NCBI RefSeq assembly: GCF_000734015.1 | Contig: NZ_CP008796.1 | Coordinates: 600,001 to 632,000, forward strand | Direction of reading: 5' to 3' | Length of the DNA stretch: 32,000 bases | Origin: Thermodesulfobacterium commune DSM 2178 | GTDB lineage: Bacteria > Desulfobacterota > Thermodesulfobacteria > Thermodesulfobacteriales > Thermodesulfobacteriaceae | Shown: piece by piece, positions 1-8,450 of the stretch | Layout of the letters: each line of letters begins with the position of its first letter | Position numbering within the stretch: the stretch's first letter is position 1 | Position numbers and translations under genes: made by a program | The notes under the pieces: generated by a model | The model's input: the letters and a program-made list of their open reading frames with translations, nothing else | Told to the model about the DNA's origin: nothing | Database searches by the model: none

Positions 1-669
1 CAAAGCTATCTTTTCTTTTTAAAAAGCTATCTGATGGGATTTTCATTAAATACGGTTATGCCAGGGATAGTGGGAGGAGACCTTTTAAGGACTTTTCTTT
101 TAACCAGACAGGGCCTTCCCTTTAAAAAAGCCACCTTTAGCGTTATGATCGATAGATTTTATGGTCTTTTAGGTATTTTTTTTATCCTCTCTATTTCTCT
201 TCCTTTATATGGACAATTTTTACCTAAAAAACTTTACTATTTTTCTACCATTCTTACCTATTCTACAATTTTAAGTTTTTTCTTAATCTCGGTATTTTTT
301 ACTAAAATCTATTCTACGGACTATTTTAGGCCTGTTTCCTTACCTTATAATCTATTTCCGATACTTCTTGGGGTATTAATCCAGGTTTTTTTTGTTCTTC
401 AGTTTGTTCTTTTGGGTAAAGCCTTACATTTAAACATAAGTTATGTATATTATTTTGTGATGATCCCTATCATTAGTTTTCTTGCTGCCTTGCCTATTAG
501 TATTTCAGGTTTAGGTGTAAGGGAGGGAGGTTTAAGTTATTTTGTTTCTTTGTTAGGGTTTTCCATAGAACATGGTGTTTTATTAGGGATGTTAGGGTAT
601 AGTTTAATCCTTATTTCTGCCCTTCCTGGGTTATATTTTTATCTAAAGGCAAAGGTTTCATGGAAATAA
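1..669 (+). CDS. Flippase-like / lysyl-PG-synthase TM-domain family (UPF0104-type) integral membrane protein; 5' end lies outside the window
   Basis: The frame of the listed ORF (34..669) stays open back to nt 1 (caa agc tat ctt ttc ttt tta aaa agc tat ctg ATG). The gene is therefore most likely truncated by the window edge. The sequence is polytopic and hydrophobic, with a PGxxGGDxxR-type motif (MPGIVGGDLLR). The family call is from memory of that motif, not from a search. Confidence 0.55.
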   Translation, partial: QSYLFFLKSYLMGFSLNTVMPGIVGGDLLRTFLLTRQGLPFKKATFSVMIDRFYGLLGIFFILSISLPLYGQFLPKKLYYFSTILTYSTILSFFLISVFFTKIYSTDYFRPVSLPYNLFPILLGVLIQVFFVLQFVLLGKALHLNISYVYYFVMIPIISFLAALPISISGLGVREGGLSYFVSLLGFSIEHGVLLGMLGYSLILISALPGLYFYLKAKVSWK

Positions 670-1274
670 GCCTTTTGTTTAAAAGTTTTATCGCTCTTTT
701 TACGATCATAGACCCGATAGCTGGGGCACCTTTCTTTTTAAGTATAACCAGCGGTTATTCTGAAAAAGAAAGGCAAAGGATAGCCTTAAAAGCCTGTGTT
801 ACAGCTTTGATTACCCTTTTACTATTTTTTTGGTTAGGTAAATACATTCTTATTTTATTTCAAATTTCTCTTTCTTCTTTTAGGATAGCAGGAGGGACTC
901 TACTTTTCATAACCGCCTTAGAGATGCTTTTTGGCAAAACCACTCAGGTAAAAACTTCAGAACAGGAAACCACCCAGGTAAGAGAGTTAGAAGACCCTTC
1001 TGTAGTTCCTTTAGGTATTCCTTACTTAGCAGGTCCTGGGGCAATTACCACTACCATCATCTTAGGGGAAACCCCTGATTTAACCACTAAATTAGCCCTT
1101 TCAGGGGTGATCTTTCTGGTGATAGTCATCACCTATCTTATTCTTAAGGCCTCAACCCAGATTTTCAAACATCTGGGAGAACTTGGTACTAAGGCTGTGG
1201 TGAGAATTTTAGGTCTTATTCTGGCAAGTATTGCTATAGAATACATCCTAAAGGGATTAAAAGAGGTTTTTTAA
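660..1274 (+). CDS. MarC family (UPF0056) integral membrane protein
   Basis: 204 aa with about 6 hydrophobic segments. The N-terminal signature FIALFTIIDPIAGAPFFL matches the FxIxDPxGxxPxF motif of MarC-family proteins. It overlaps the upstream gene by 10 nt, suggesting an operon. Confidence 0.8.
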   Translation: MEISLLFKSFIALFTIIDPIAGAPFFLSITSGYSEKERQRIALKACVTALITLLLFFWLGKYILILFQISLSSFRIAGGTLLFITALEMLFGKTTQVKTSEQETTQVRELEDPSVVPLGIPYLAGPGAITTTIILGETPDLTTKLALSGVIFLVIVITYLILKASTQIFKHLGELGTKAVVRILGLILASIAIEYILKGLKEVF

Positions 1275-1333
1275 CAAGTTTTTAGCAAGGAAAGTATTTA
1301 AAATCTAAAAAATTTTTTTATAATTATAAAACT

Positions 1334-2719
1334 ATGGATATCTTTAGGAAAAAACCGTTTAATGCTGTTCAGCAAACCTCTAAACTTAAGCGCGCTCTTT
1401 CGTTAAAAGACATCGTTTTAATAGGGATAGGGGCGGTAGTTGGAGCAGGTATTTTTGTGGTAACCGGACAGGCTGCAGCTTCTTATGCTGGGCCTGGGAT
1501 TTTGCTTTCTTTTATCCTTGCAGGAATAGGTATAGGATTAACTGCTTTGGTATACGCAGAGTTTTGTTCAGCTTTTCCTTTAGCTGGAGGAGCCTATAAT
1601 TATGTATATTTTGCTTTGGGAGAATTTTGGGCTTGGTTGGTTGGTTGGAATGTACTTTTAGAATACGGGATTGCTACAGCAGCTGTTTCTACCGGTTGGT
1701 CTGGTTATTTAAGGGCTTTTTTAGAAAATAACTTGGGGTGGGTCTTACCTAAAGCCCTTTCAGGTCCTTTTAACCCTAACCAAGGTACCTTTGTGGACCT
1801 TTTTGCCCTTGTAGGGGTCTTAGTAATCTTCATCTTGGTAACCATAGGGATTAGAAAAAGTGCTTTTTTTAATAACTTGGTGGTGGTGTTAAAGATAATA
1901 ACCTTGTTAGTTTTTGTATTATTTGGGTTAAAACATGTTAAATGGGAAAACTTTCAACCCTTCTTGCCTTTTGGATGGGAAGGGGTCTGGAGAGGAGCTG
2001 CTCTTATTGTTTTTGCTTACTTAGGTTTTGATGCCTTAGCAACGTTAGCAGAAGAAACTAAAGACGTTAAAAAAACCTTACCTAAAGGTATAATCCTTTC
2101 TCTTATAGTTATCACGTTACTATATATCTCGGTAGCCTTTGTTTTGGTAGGGATCCTGCCTTACTGGGAATATGAAGGGAAACCGGATGCTTTAGCCTAC
2201 GCCATGTACAAGATAAACGAAAAACCGGTAGCAGACTTTATTTCTTTAAGTGCGGTAATTACGATCACCTCGGTTATGTTGGTTATGGCCATAGGGTTCA
2301 CTAGGATTCTTTACGCTTTAGCAAGAGATGGTCTTATCTTTAAGCCTTTTGCCGAAATACATAAAAAATTTTATACTCCATATAAAGCATCTATAACCGG
2401 TGGATTAATACTTTGTATTTTTGCCGGCTTTATCCCTTTAAAGATATTGGCAGAGCTTATAAACATCGGGACTCTCTTTGCCTATTTTGTAGTAGGTGTA
2501 GCTATCTATTTAGTCAGATACCGCCCTGATTATCAACCTGCTTTTAGGATTCCCTATGCCCACATACTAATCCCGATTAACCTTCTGTTTTTGCTTTTTA
2601 TCATGAGTGGGTTACCTATGGATACCTGGATAAGATTCATTCTTTGGAGTTTCTTAGGGATTTTAGTCTACTTTTTGTATGGCTATAAAAATAGCTCTAT
2701 GAACCTTAAAACGAAATAA
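1334..2719 (+). CDS. APC-superfamily amino acid permease (cationic amino-acid transporter-like)
   Basis: 461 aa with about 12 TM segments. The N-terminal region [28 protein letters not shown] is typical of APC/CAT permeases. There is no Shine-Dalgarno sequence, and TATAAT (1319-1324) lies 9 nt upstream of the ATG. Confidence 0.85.
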   Translation: MDIFRKKPFNAVQQTSKLKRALSLKDIVLIGIGAVVGAGIFVVTGQAAASYAGPGILLSFILAGIGIGLTALVYAEFCSAFPLAGGAYNYVYFALGEFWAWLVGWNVLLEYGIATAAVSTGWSGYLRAFLENNLGWVLPKALSGPFNPNQGTFVDLFALVGVLVIFILVTIGIRKSAFFNNLVVVLKIITLLVFVLFGLKHVKWENFQPFLPFGWEGVWRGAALIVFAYLGFDALATLAEETKDVKKTLPKGIILSLIVITLLYISVAFVLVGILPYWEYEGKPDALAYAMYKINEKPVADFISLSAVITITSVMLVMAIGFTRILYALARDGLIFKPFAEIHKKFYTPYKASITGGLILCIFAGFIPLKILAELINIGTLFAYFVVGVAIYLVRYRPDYQPAFRIPYAHILIPINLLFLLFIMSGLPMDTWIRFILWSFLGILVYFLYGYKNSSMNLKTK

Positions 2720-2760
2720 GTTGTCTTGGTTAAGTTAAAAAAATTTCAACTCTAAAATGA

Positions 2761-2794
2761 CCTTAAAATCAGATTGACAAAATCGATTTTAAGG
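2761..2794. promoter_or_regulatory. Perfect 10-bp inverted repeat enclosing a TTGACA -35-like hexamer upstream of the efflux operon (candidate operator and/or terminator hairpin)
   Basis: The repeat is CCTTAAAATC (2761-2770), N14, GATTTTAAGG (2785-2794). Inner GATT/AATC pairing extends the stem to about 14 bp with one bulge and a 5-nt loop. TTGACA lies at 2774-2779, with TAAATA/ATAAAT 15-16 nt downstream. Confidence 0.4.
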
Positions 2795-2849
2795 ATAAAT
2801 ATTTAAGTGATTACTTACACATTTTTGAGCCGAAAAATAAGAGGATTTT

Positions 2850-4133
2850 ATGAAGAAAATAATCGGTCTTTTTTTGTTTTTCTTTTTTTGGTTGTTAAGC
2901 TCTCAAAACTCTGTTTTTGCTAAAGAAGTATTATCTCTAAAAGAGCTTATTCTTTTAGGACTAAAAAACAACCCTCAAATACAGGTTGCGATAAAAAATA
3001 AGGAAAGTTCTGTTTTTTATAAAGACTATGTTAGGTCTGGTTTTTTCCCGTTTTTATATTTAAAGTACGAGTTTGACAGAAAAGATCCAGGTAAGGGGCT
3101 TCCTAATCAGGAGGTGCATTCTTTTGGTCCTTATTTAAACTGGAACATTTTTTCAAGCTTTTCTACCTGGTACTCCTATCAAGAGGCCTTAAAATTGATA
3201 TCAGCCCAAGATTTTATGGTAAAAAAAACCATCTTAGATGTATCTTTAAACATTATCCAGGCTTATTTAGAATACTTTAAACAAAAGGCCTTGTATGAAG
3301 CTGCGTTGGTTGACCTGGAAGACGCTAAAACCCTTTTAAGGTTAGCCAAAAAGAAATACGAGGTTGGTCTTTCTCCTTATGCAGATGTGCTTGATGCTGA
3401 AGCCAAGGTTAAACAGGCAGAGTTTAACGTGACTAACTATAAGTATACCGCAGACATAGCCAAAGCTAAGGTTCTTACCTTAATAAACTATGATGTCCTT
3501 AAGGTAGAAGAAATAGAATTTTTACCTTTGGACGAAAAAAACATAGAGATAAAAGATTTAAATTTTTATCTTAAAACCGCTCTCGAAAAAAGGCCAGAGG
3601 TTAAAGCCAAAGAAAATGAGGTTTTAGCTCAAGAAGATCGGGTCAAAAGCATAAAAGGAAAGTTTGGCCCTACCGTAGACCTGTTTAGTAGTTATTATCA
3701 GGTAGACGATAAATTTTTTCCTGATAAACAAAACGAATTTACGGCAGGTTTTCGGATAACCCTACCTATTTTTACAGGTTTCCAACGAATAGCAGAATTA
3801 AATAAAGAAAAAACAGGGTTAGAGCAAAAAAAATTAGAAAAGTTAAATACCGAACTTCAGATAAAACAGGAAGTTTTTACCAGTTATAAAAACTATCAAA
3901 CAGCTAAAGAAAACTTTGAAAGCGCCCTTGCCTGGTTAAAAAGTATGGAAGAAGACTATCGGATAGTTCAAAAGAAATACGAAACCGGATTAGCAAGCAT
4001 CGTAGATGTAACCACCCTTTTAGCCCGGCTTTCAGAAGCAAGGTCGAAGGTAGCAGTGTCTAAGTATAACTTGATATATTCCTTCTACGAACTTTATAGA
4101 ATGACTGGTGTTATTCCGGAGTTAGATTTATGA
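2850..4133 (+). CDS. TolC-family outer-membrane efflux channel
   Basis: 427 aa. It has a signal peptide (MKKIIGLFLFFFFWLLSSQNSVFA/KE). The two-repeat alpha-helical/beta-barrel OEP pattern is present (LKELILLGLKNNPQIQ..., ...GLASIVDVTTLLARLSEARS). An SD AAGAGGA sits 5 nt before the ATG. It is the first gene of a tightly coupled operon. Confidence 0.8.
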   Translation: MKKIIGLFLFFFFWLLSSQNSVFAKEVLSLKELILLGLKNNPQIQVAIKNKESSVFYKDYVRSGFFPFLYLKYEFDRKDPGKGLPNQEVHSFGPYLNWNIFSSFSTWYSYQEALKLISAQDFMVKKTILDVSLNIIQAYLEYFKQKALYEAALVDLEDAKTLLRLAKKKYEVGLSPYADVLDAEAKVKQAEFNVTNYKYTADIAKAKVLTLINYDVLKVEEIEFLPLDEKNIEIKDLNFYLKTALEKRPEVKAKENEVLAQEDRVKSIKGKFGPTVDLFSSYYQVDDKFFPDKQNEFTAGFRITLPIFTGFQRIAELNKEKTGLEQKKLEKLNTELQIKQEVFTSYKNYQTAKENFESALAWLKSMEEDYRIVQKKYETGLASIVDVTTLLARLSEARSKVAVSKYNLIYSFYELYRMTGVIPELDL

Positions 4134-5329
4134 AAAAATGGGTGTTTTTATGGTTGATCGTTTGTTTGTTTTTTTTGGGGTGTCAGAAAAAATCAGAAAA
4201 AAAGGCTAACCTTTTACCTTCTTCTTCTACCAAGGTAGAAAGGGGAACAATTTATTTAGAGGTAACAGCTACCGGAGCGGTAAAACCTCAGGTCGGAGCT
4301 CAAGTAAAAGTAGGCTCAAGGATTTCAGGAAGGGTAGAAAAACTTTTTGTTACCACAGGAGATAAGGTTAAAGCAGGTCAACTTATAGCCATCATAGAAC
4401 ATCAAGACCTTCAGGAAGAGGTTAACAGAGCTTTTAACGAATATAAAGAAGCCTTAGCCAATTTAGAAAAGATAAAACAGGTTTATCCTCATCAGATCTC
4501 AGCACAAACTAAAAAAGTTAAATCATCTATGGCAGAACTCCTTCAAATAGAAAGAGAACTTCAAAGAAACAAGATGCTTTTCCAGGAAGGTCTTATTTCA
4601 AAAAATGATCTCGAACGGTTAGAAAGAGATTATGAGGTAAAAAAATCTACTTTAGAATATGAAAAAGCTAATCTTGAGGCTTTAAAATCTGAGTATGAAA
4701 AGCAGTTATCCATCGCCAGAGCCAGTGTAGAGGCTGCTAAAAATGTTTGGAATGCAGCTAAGATTAAACTTAATTATGCCTTTATTTACTCCCCTATTTC
4801 TGGGGTGGTTTCAGAGGTTACAACCCAACAAGGAGAAACTGTGGTAGCAGGGTTAAACGCCCCTACTTTTATTACGGTGGTTGACCTCTCAAGACTTCAA
4901 GTAGAATGTTATGTAGATGAAACAGACATAGGAAAAATTTCAGTAGGTCAAGAGGCTACTTTTACCGTAGACAGCTATCCCAACAAGGTCTTTAGGGCTA
5001 AAGTAAAAAAGATATACCCTGGTGCTATCATCAAAAATAACGTGGTTTTTTATGATGTGGTGCTTGAAATTTTAGACCCCTATGAAAATCTACTGCGTCC
5101 TGAGATGACAGCCCAGGTTAACATCATAGCCGGGAAAAAAGAAAACGTACTTTTGGTGCCTTCCAAAGCAGTAAAGATAGACCCCCAAGGAAATTATTTT
5201 GTGATGGTAAAAAAAGGGGATAAATGGGAAAAAAGATTAATTAAAATAGGCTGGGAATCCAAAGGAAAAATCGAAGTAGTAGAAGGGCTGAAAGAAGGTG
5301 AGGAAGTAGGTTTGTGGGAGACAAAATAG
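4130..5329 (+). CDS. Efflux periplasmic adaptor subunit (HlyD/MacA family), probable lipoprotein
   Basis: The start overlaps the TolC stop as ATGA. The signal is lipobox-like (LFFLG-C). A biotinyl-lipoyl-like motif (SRISGRVEKLFVTTGDKVKAGQLIAII) is followed by a long coiled-coil hairpin and the beta-barrel motif IYSPISGVVSEV. Confidence 0.85.
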   Translation: MKKWVFLWLIVCLFFLGCQKKSEKKANLLPSSSTKVERGTIYLEVTATGAVKPQVGAQVKVGSRISGRVEKLFVTTGDKVKAGQLIAIIEHQDLQEEVNRAFNEYKEALANLEKIKQVYPHQISAQTKKVKSSMAELLQIERELQRNKMLFQEGLISKNDLERLERDYEVKKSTLEYEKANLEALKSEYEKQLSIARASVEAAKNVWNAAKIKLNYAFIYSPISGVVSEVTTQQGETVVAGLNAPTFITVVDLSRLQVECYVDETDIGKISVGQEATFTVDSYPNKVFRAKVKKIYPGAIIKNNVVFYDVVLEILDPYENLLRPEMTAQVNIIAGKKENVLLVPSKAVKIDPQGNYFVMVKKGDKWEKRLIKIGWESKGKIEVVEGLKEGEEVGLWETK

Positions 5330-6003
5330 TAATCCTGGAAGATATTCAAAAAACCTATCAAATTGGGAAGGTTTCCTATCAAGTTCTAAAAGGAATAGAC
5401 TTAGAGGTAGAACAAGGAGAATTTTTAGTAATCATGGGAACTTCTGGGAGTGGGAAAACGACCCTTTTAAACATCATAGGTCTTCTTGATAAACCTACCT
5501 CAGGCAGGTATTTTTTAGAAGGAGAAGAGGTGAGTAAGTTTGACAGTAAAAAATTGGCTTATATAAGGAATAGGAAACTGGGGTTTATCTTTCAGGCCTT
5601 TCATTTAGTCCCATGGGCAACCGCTTTAGAAAACGTGTTGTTACCTTTACTTTATAGACCGGAAGGATTTTCTAAAGATGATGAAAAAAGAGCTATTTCT
5701 TTGCTTGAAAGATTGGGGTTAGGAGAAAGAATTCATGCTAAACCTAAAGAACTTTCAGGAGGACAACAACAAAGAGTGGCAATAGCCCGAGCCTTGATCA
5801 CCAATCCTAAACTGCTTTTGGCAGATGAACCTACAGGCAATCTTGACAGTGCAAGCAGTAAAGAAGTGATGAACATATTTAAAGAATTAAACGCCGAAGG
5901 ACTTACTATTATAATGGTTACTCACGACCCAGAAATTGCCAAAAACGGAAAAAGAATAAAAATCATAGCAGACGGAATTTTTGTAGATGAAAAACAGGTT
6001 TAA
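5314..6003 (+). CDS. ABC transporter ATP-binding protein (MacB/LolD-type NBD)
   Basis: Walker A is GTSGSGKTT, the signature is [15 protein letters not shown], Walker B is [12 protein letters not shown] and the H-loop is VTHD. The GTG start overlaps the adaptor gene by 16 nt. Confidence 0.9.
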   Translation: MGDKIVILEDIQKTYQIGKVSYQVLKGIDLEVEQGEFLVIMGTSGSGKTTLLNIIGLLDKPTSGRYFLEGEEVSKFDSKKLAYIRNRKLGFIFQAFHLVPWATALENVLLPLLYRPEGFSKDDEKRAISLLERLGLGERIHAKPKELSGGQQQRVAIARALITNPKLLLADEPTGNLDSASSKEVMNIFKELNAEGLTIIMVTHDPEIAKNGKRIKIIADGIFVDEKQV

Positions 6004-7204
6004 ACAGGCCTTTTTAAAGGATACATTAAAAGAACTTCTTTCAAACAAGATAAACCTGGTTTTTATGCTTTTAGCTTTGATCATAAGTTTAACGGCTTTA
6101 AACACCATCTATTCCCTAGGAGCCTCTGCGAAAAAACAGGTCTTAGATGTATTAGCTAACCTTCAGTTTGGTAAAGATGCCATGCTGGTTATTGCTGGAG
6201 GAGGAAAAATCATAGGGGTTACTACCACAAGAACAGATACCATGAAAATGAAGGATGTAGAAAACATAGAAAGACTTGAGTTTGTCAAGCTTGTCTCTCC
6301 TTGGGTAAGAGGTATTCTTGAAGTTTCCTATGAAGGTTTTTCTGAAAAAATGAGGATAGAAGGGGTGACTCCGTCTTATAGTTTAGCTAACAACTGGTAT
6401 ACCAAAGAAGGAAGGTTCTTTAGTGAACAAGATTTAAAGAACATGGCTAAGGTATGCGTTTTGGGAGCAGAAGTACCCCAAAAAATTAAAGCTAAACAGG
6501 TTATAGGTAAAAAAATAAAAATTGGTGGGGAATATTTTGAGGTTATAGGAATCTTAGAACCAAAGCCTTCGTTTGGACATTTTAGACATGATGAAAGGAT
6601 TTTAATCCCTTTAACCACAGCGATGAGAAGGGTGTTTAACAAGGACTATTTGGATGCGATGAAAATTCTTTTTAAAGAAAACACAGACATAGAGCTGGCT
6701 AAAGAAACTATCCGTGGCATACTAAGACAAAACCATAACCTTTATGGTATTCAGCCTGATGATTTTAGACTTATCACCCCAGATATGGCCATAGAAAGAT
6801 TTACAGCAACCACTAGGATACTTACCGTGTTTTTATTAGCTATTTCAGTAATCAGTTTGGTGATAAGTGGGGTGATCATCATGAACTTGATGTATGCTAA
6901 CATAGAAGAGCGTGCCCCGGTAATAGCGTTAAGATTAGCCTTAGGGGCAACCCCTTCTAACATAATTCAACATTATCTTACCATGGCCTTAATAGTAGCT
7001 TTAATAAGTGGTTTTATCGGATGGTGGTTAAGTTTAGGGCTGATGCAACTTATCTCCTTTTTTAGCCCTTTAAAACCTCTTTTTTCCTGGGCTACCTTTT
7101 TTATAAGCCTTGGTTTTTCTATGTTGACCACCATCATTTTTAGCCTTATCCCAGCTTATAAAGCCACCCAAATAGAACCTTCTATCTTATTAAAAAGCCT
7201 ATGA
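5987..7204 (+). CDS. ABC transporter permease, MacB-type (periplasmic domain + FtsX), paralog 1
   Basis: 405 aa. The topology is an N-terminal TM, a large extracytoplasmic domain (...GKKIKIGGEYFEVIGILEP...) and three C-terminal TMs after ERAPVIALRLALGA. The start overlaps the ATPase gene by 17 nt. Confidence 0.85.
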   Translation: MKNRFKQAFLKDTLKELLSNKINLVFMLLALIISLTALNTIYSLGASAKKQVLDVLANLQFGKDAMLVIAGGGKIIGVTTTRTDTMKMKDVENIERLEFVKLVSPWVRGILEVSYEGFSEKMRIEGVTPSYSLANNWYTKEGRFFSEQDLKNMAKVCVLGAEVPQKIKAKQVIGKKIKIGGEYFEVIGILEPKPSFGHFRHDERILIPLTTAMRRVFNKDYLDAMKILFKENTDIELAKETIRGILRQNHNLYGIQPDDFRLITPDMAIERFTATTRILTVFLLAISVISLVISGVIIMNLMYANIEERAPVIALRLALGATPSNIIQHYLTMALIVALISGFIGWWLSLGLMQLISFFSPLKPLFSWATFFISLGFSMLTTIIFSLIPAYKATQIEPSILLKSL

Positions 7205-8409
7205 TGTTAAAATACAAACTACTTTGGGGTGGATTGTTTTATAAGAAGTTAAGGCTTGTTTTGTCTATTATCGGTATCATCATCGGGGTCTCTTCTTTGC
7301 TTTTGATGAACGCCTTTGGAGAGGCAGCTAAAATCAGGACTTTAAAAGAAATAGAAACCTTTGGGCCAGAGGTTTTGATGGTAGTGGCTGGAAACGTAAG
7401 GGTTTCTGCAGGAAGAGCCATTCAAACAGAAGTAACCACTACTCTTAAACCTGAAGATGCAGAGGCTTTACGAAAGATAGGTGGTATCCGCTTTATTTCT
7501 CCCTATTTTACCGGAGATGCTATCGTAAGATATGCGGGAAACACGGTAAGTACCGTTTTAAACGGGGTTAACGAAGAATATCTAAGACTAAGAAAGTTTT
7601 CTTTAGAAGAAGGTAGAAACTTTCTGAAAGACGAGATTTTAAGCTATAAAAAAGTGGTAATCTTGGGAAATAAGGTCAAAGCACAACTTTTTGGAAAAGA
7701 AAATCCTGTAGGACAGACCATTCTTATAAACAAACTCCCTTTTAAGGTTATCGGGGTTTTAAGTCCTATAGGGATAGATGCTAGCAATGCAGACCAGGAT
7801 GATCAGGTACTTATACCTTATACCATAGCTATTTCTGCGATTTACAACGTTGATTACATAAGAGGTATTTTTATCTCAGTAGAAGACCTTTCAAACCTTT
7901 CCTTTATCGAAAAACAAATCGATTCCATCCTGTCTAAAAGGCATAAGGTTACTGAAAAAAACAAAGATTTTACCATAGTTAAGGCTGAAGATATTCTTCA
8001 AGCTAAAACCCAAACAACCAATCTTTTTTCTTCTCTAGTAAAAAGTATTTCCGTTCTTTGTTTAGTGGTTGGTGCTTTAGGAGTAACAGCCATCATGACC
8101 CTTGCGGTTAATGAACGTAAAAAAGAAATAGGAATAAGAAAGGCTTTAGGTGCTAAAGAACAAGACATTTTGTTACAGTTTTTGATAGAAAGTGTAATCG
8201 TTACCCTATTAGGAGGTATTATAGGGATAGTTTTAGGAGTGGTTTTAACCCTTATCCTGTTGCCTCTTTTTAACTATCCTTTGATATTTCCTGTTATTCC
8301 TATCCTTACCTCTACAGGGTTAACGATAATTTTTGGGATTTTTGCAGGGGTTTATCCATCTTATAAAGCCTCTAAGGTGGATCCTATAGTACTCTTAAGA
8401 TCCTTTTAG
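7201..8409 (+). CDS. ABC transporter permease, MacB-type (periplasmic domain + FtsX), paralog 2
   Basis: 402 aa with the same architecture as paralog 1. It carries the canonical FtsX motif ERKKEIGIRKALGAKEQDILLQFLIES. It is coupled to the upstream permease by an ATGA overlap. Confidence 0.85.
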   Translation: MMLKYKLLWGGLFYKKLRLVLSIIGIIIGVSSLLLMNAFGEAAKIRTLKEIETFGPEVLMVVAGNVRVSAGRAIQTEVTTTLKPEDAEALRKIGGIRFISPYFTGDAIVRYAGNTVSTVLNGVNEEYLRLRKFSLEEGRNFLKDEILSYKKVVILGNKVKAQLFGKENPVGQTILINKLPFKVIGVLSPIGIDASNADQDDQVLIPYTIAISAIYNVDYIRGIFISVEDLSNLSFIEKQIDSILSKRHKVTEKNKDFTIVKAEDILQAKTQTTNLFSSLVKSISVLCLVVGALGVTAIMTLAVNERKKEIGIRKALGAKEQDILLQFLIESVIVTLLGGIIGIVLGVVLTLILLPLFNYPLIFPVIPILTSTGLTIIFGIFAGVYPSYKASKVDPIVLLRSF

Positions 8410-8414
8410 ACTTC

Positions 8415-8443
8415 TTGTAAAAACCTCTTTAAGGCGTTATAAT
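8415..8443 (+). promoter_or_regulatory. Sigma-70-like promoter for uvrD: TTGTAA-N17-TATAAT
   Basis: TTGTAA lies at 8415-8420 and TATAAT at 8438-8443. Only 7 nt (aacaccc, no SD) separate the -10 from the ATG at 8451. Confidence 0.45.
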
Positions 8444-8450
8444 AACACCC

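Noticed and set aside
1279-1319. TTTTTAG-N19-CTAAAAA followed by T7 after the MarC-family gene as a terminator
   Set aside because: The 7-bp stem has a single G-C pair and a 19-nt loop. The predicted stability is very low, and it could arise by chance in AT-rich DNA.
5314-8409. ATPase plus two permeases interpreted as the LolCDE lipoprotein-release system
   Set aside because: The genes are translationally coupled to a TolC-family channel and an HlyD/MacA adaptor, which fits a tripartite efflux pump rather than Lol. I cannot fully exclude Lol without phylogeny.
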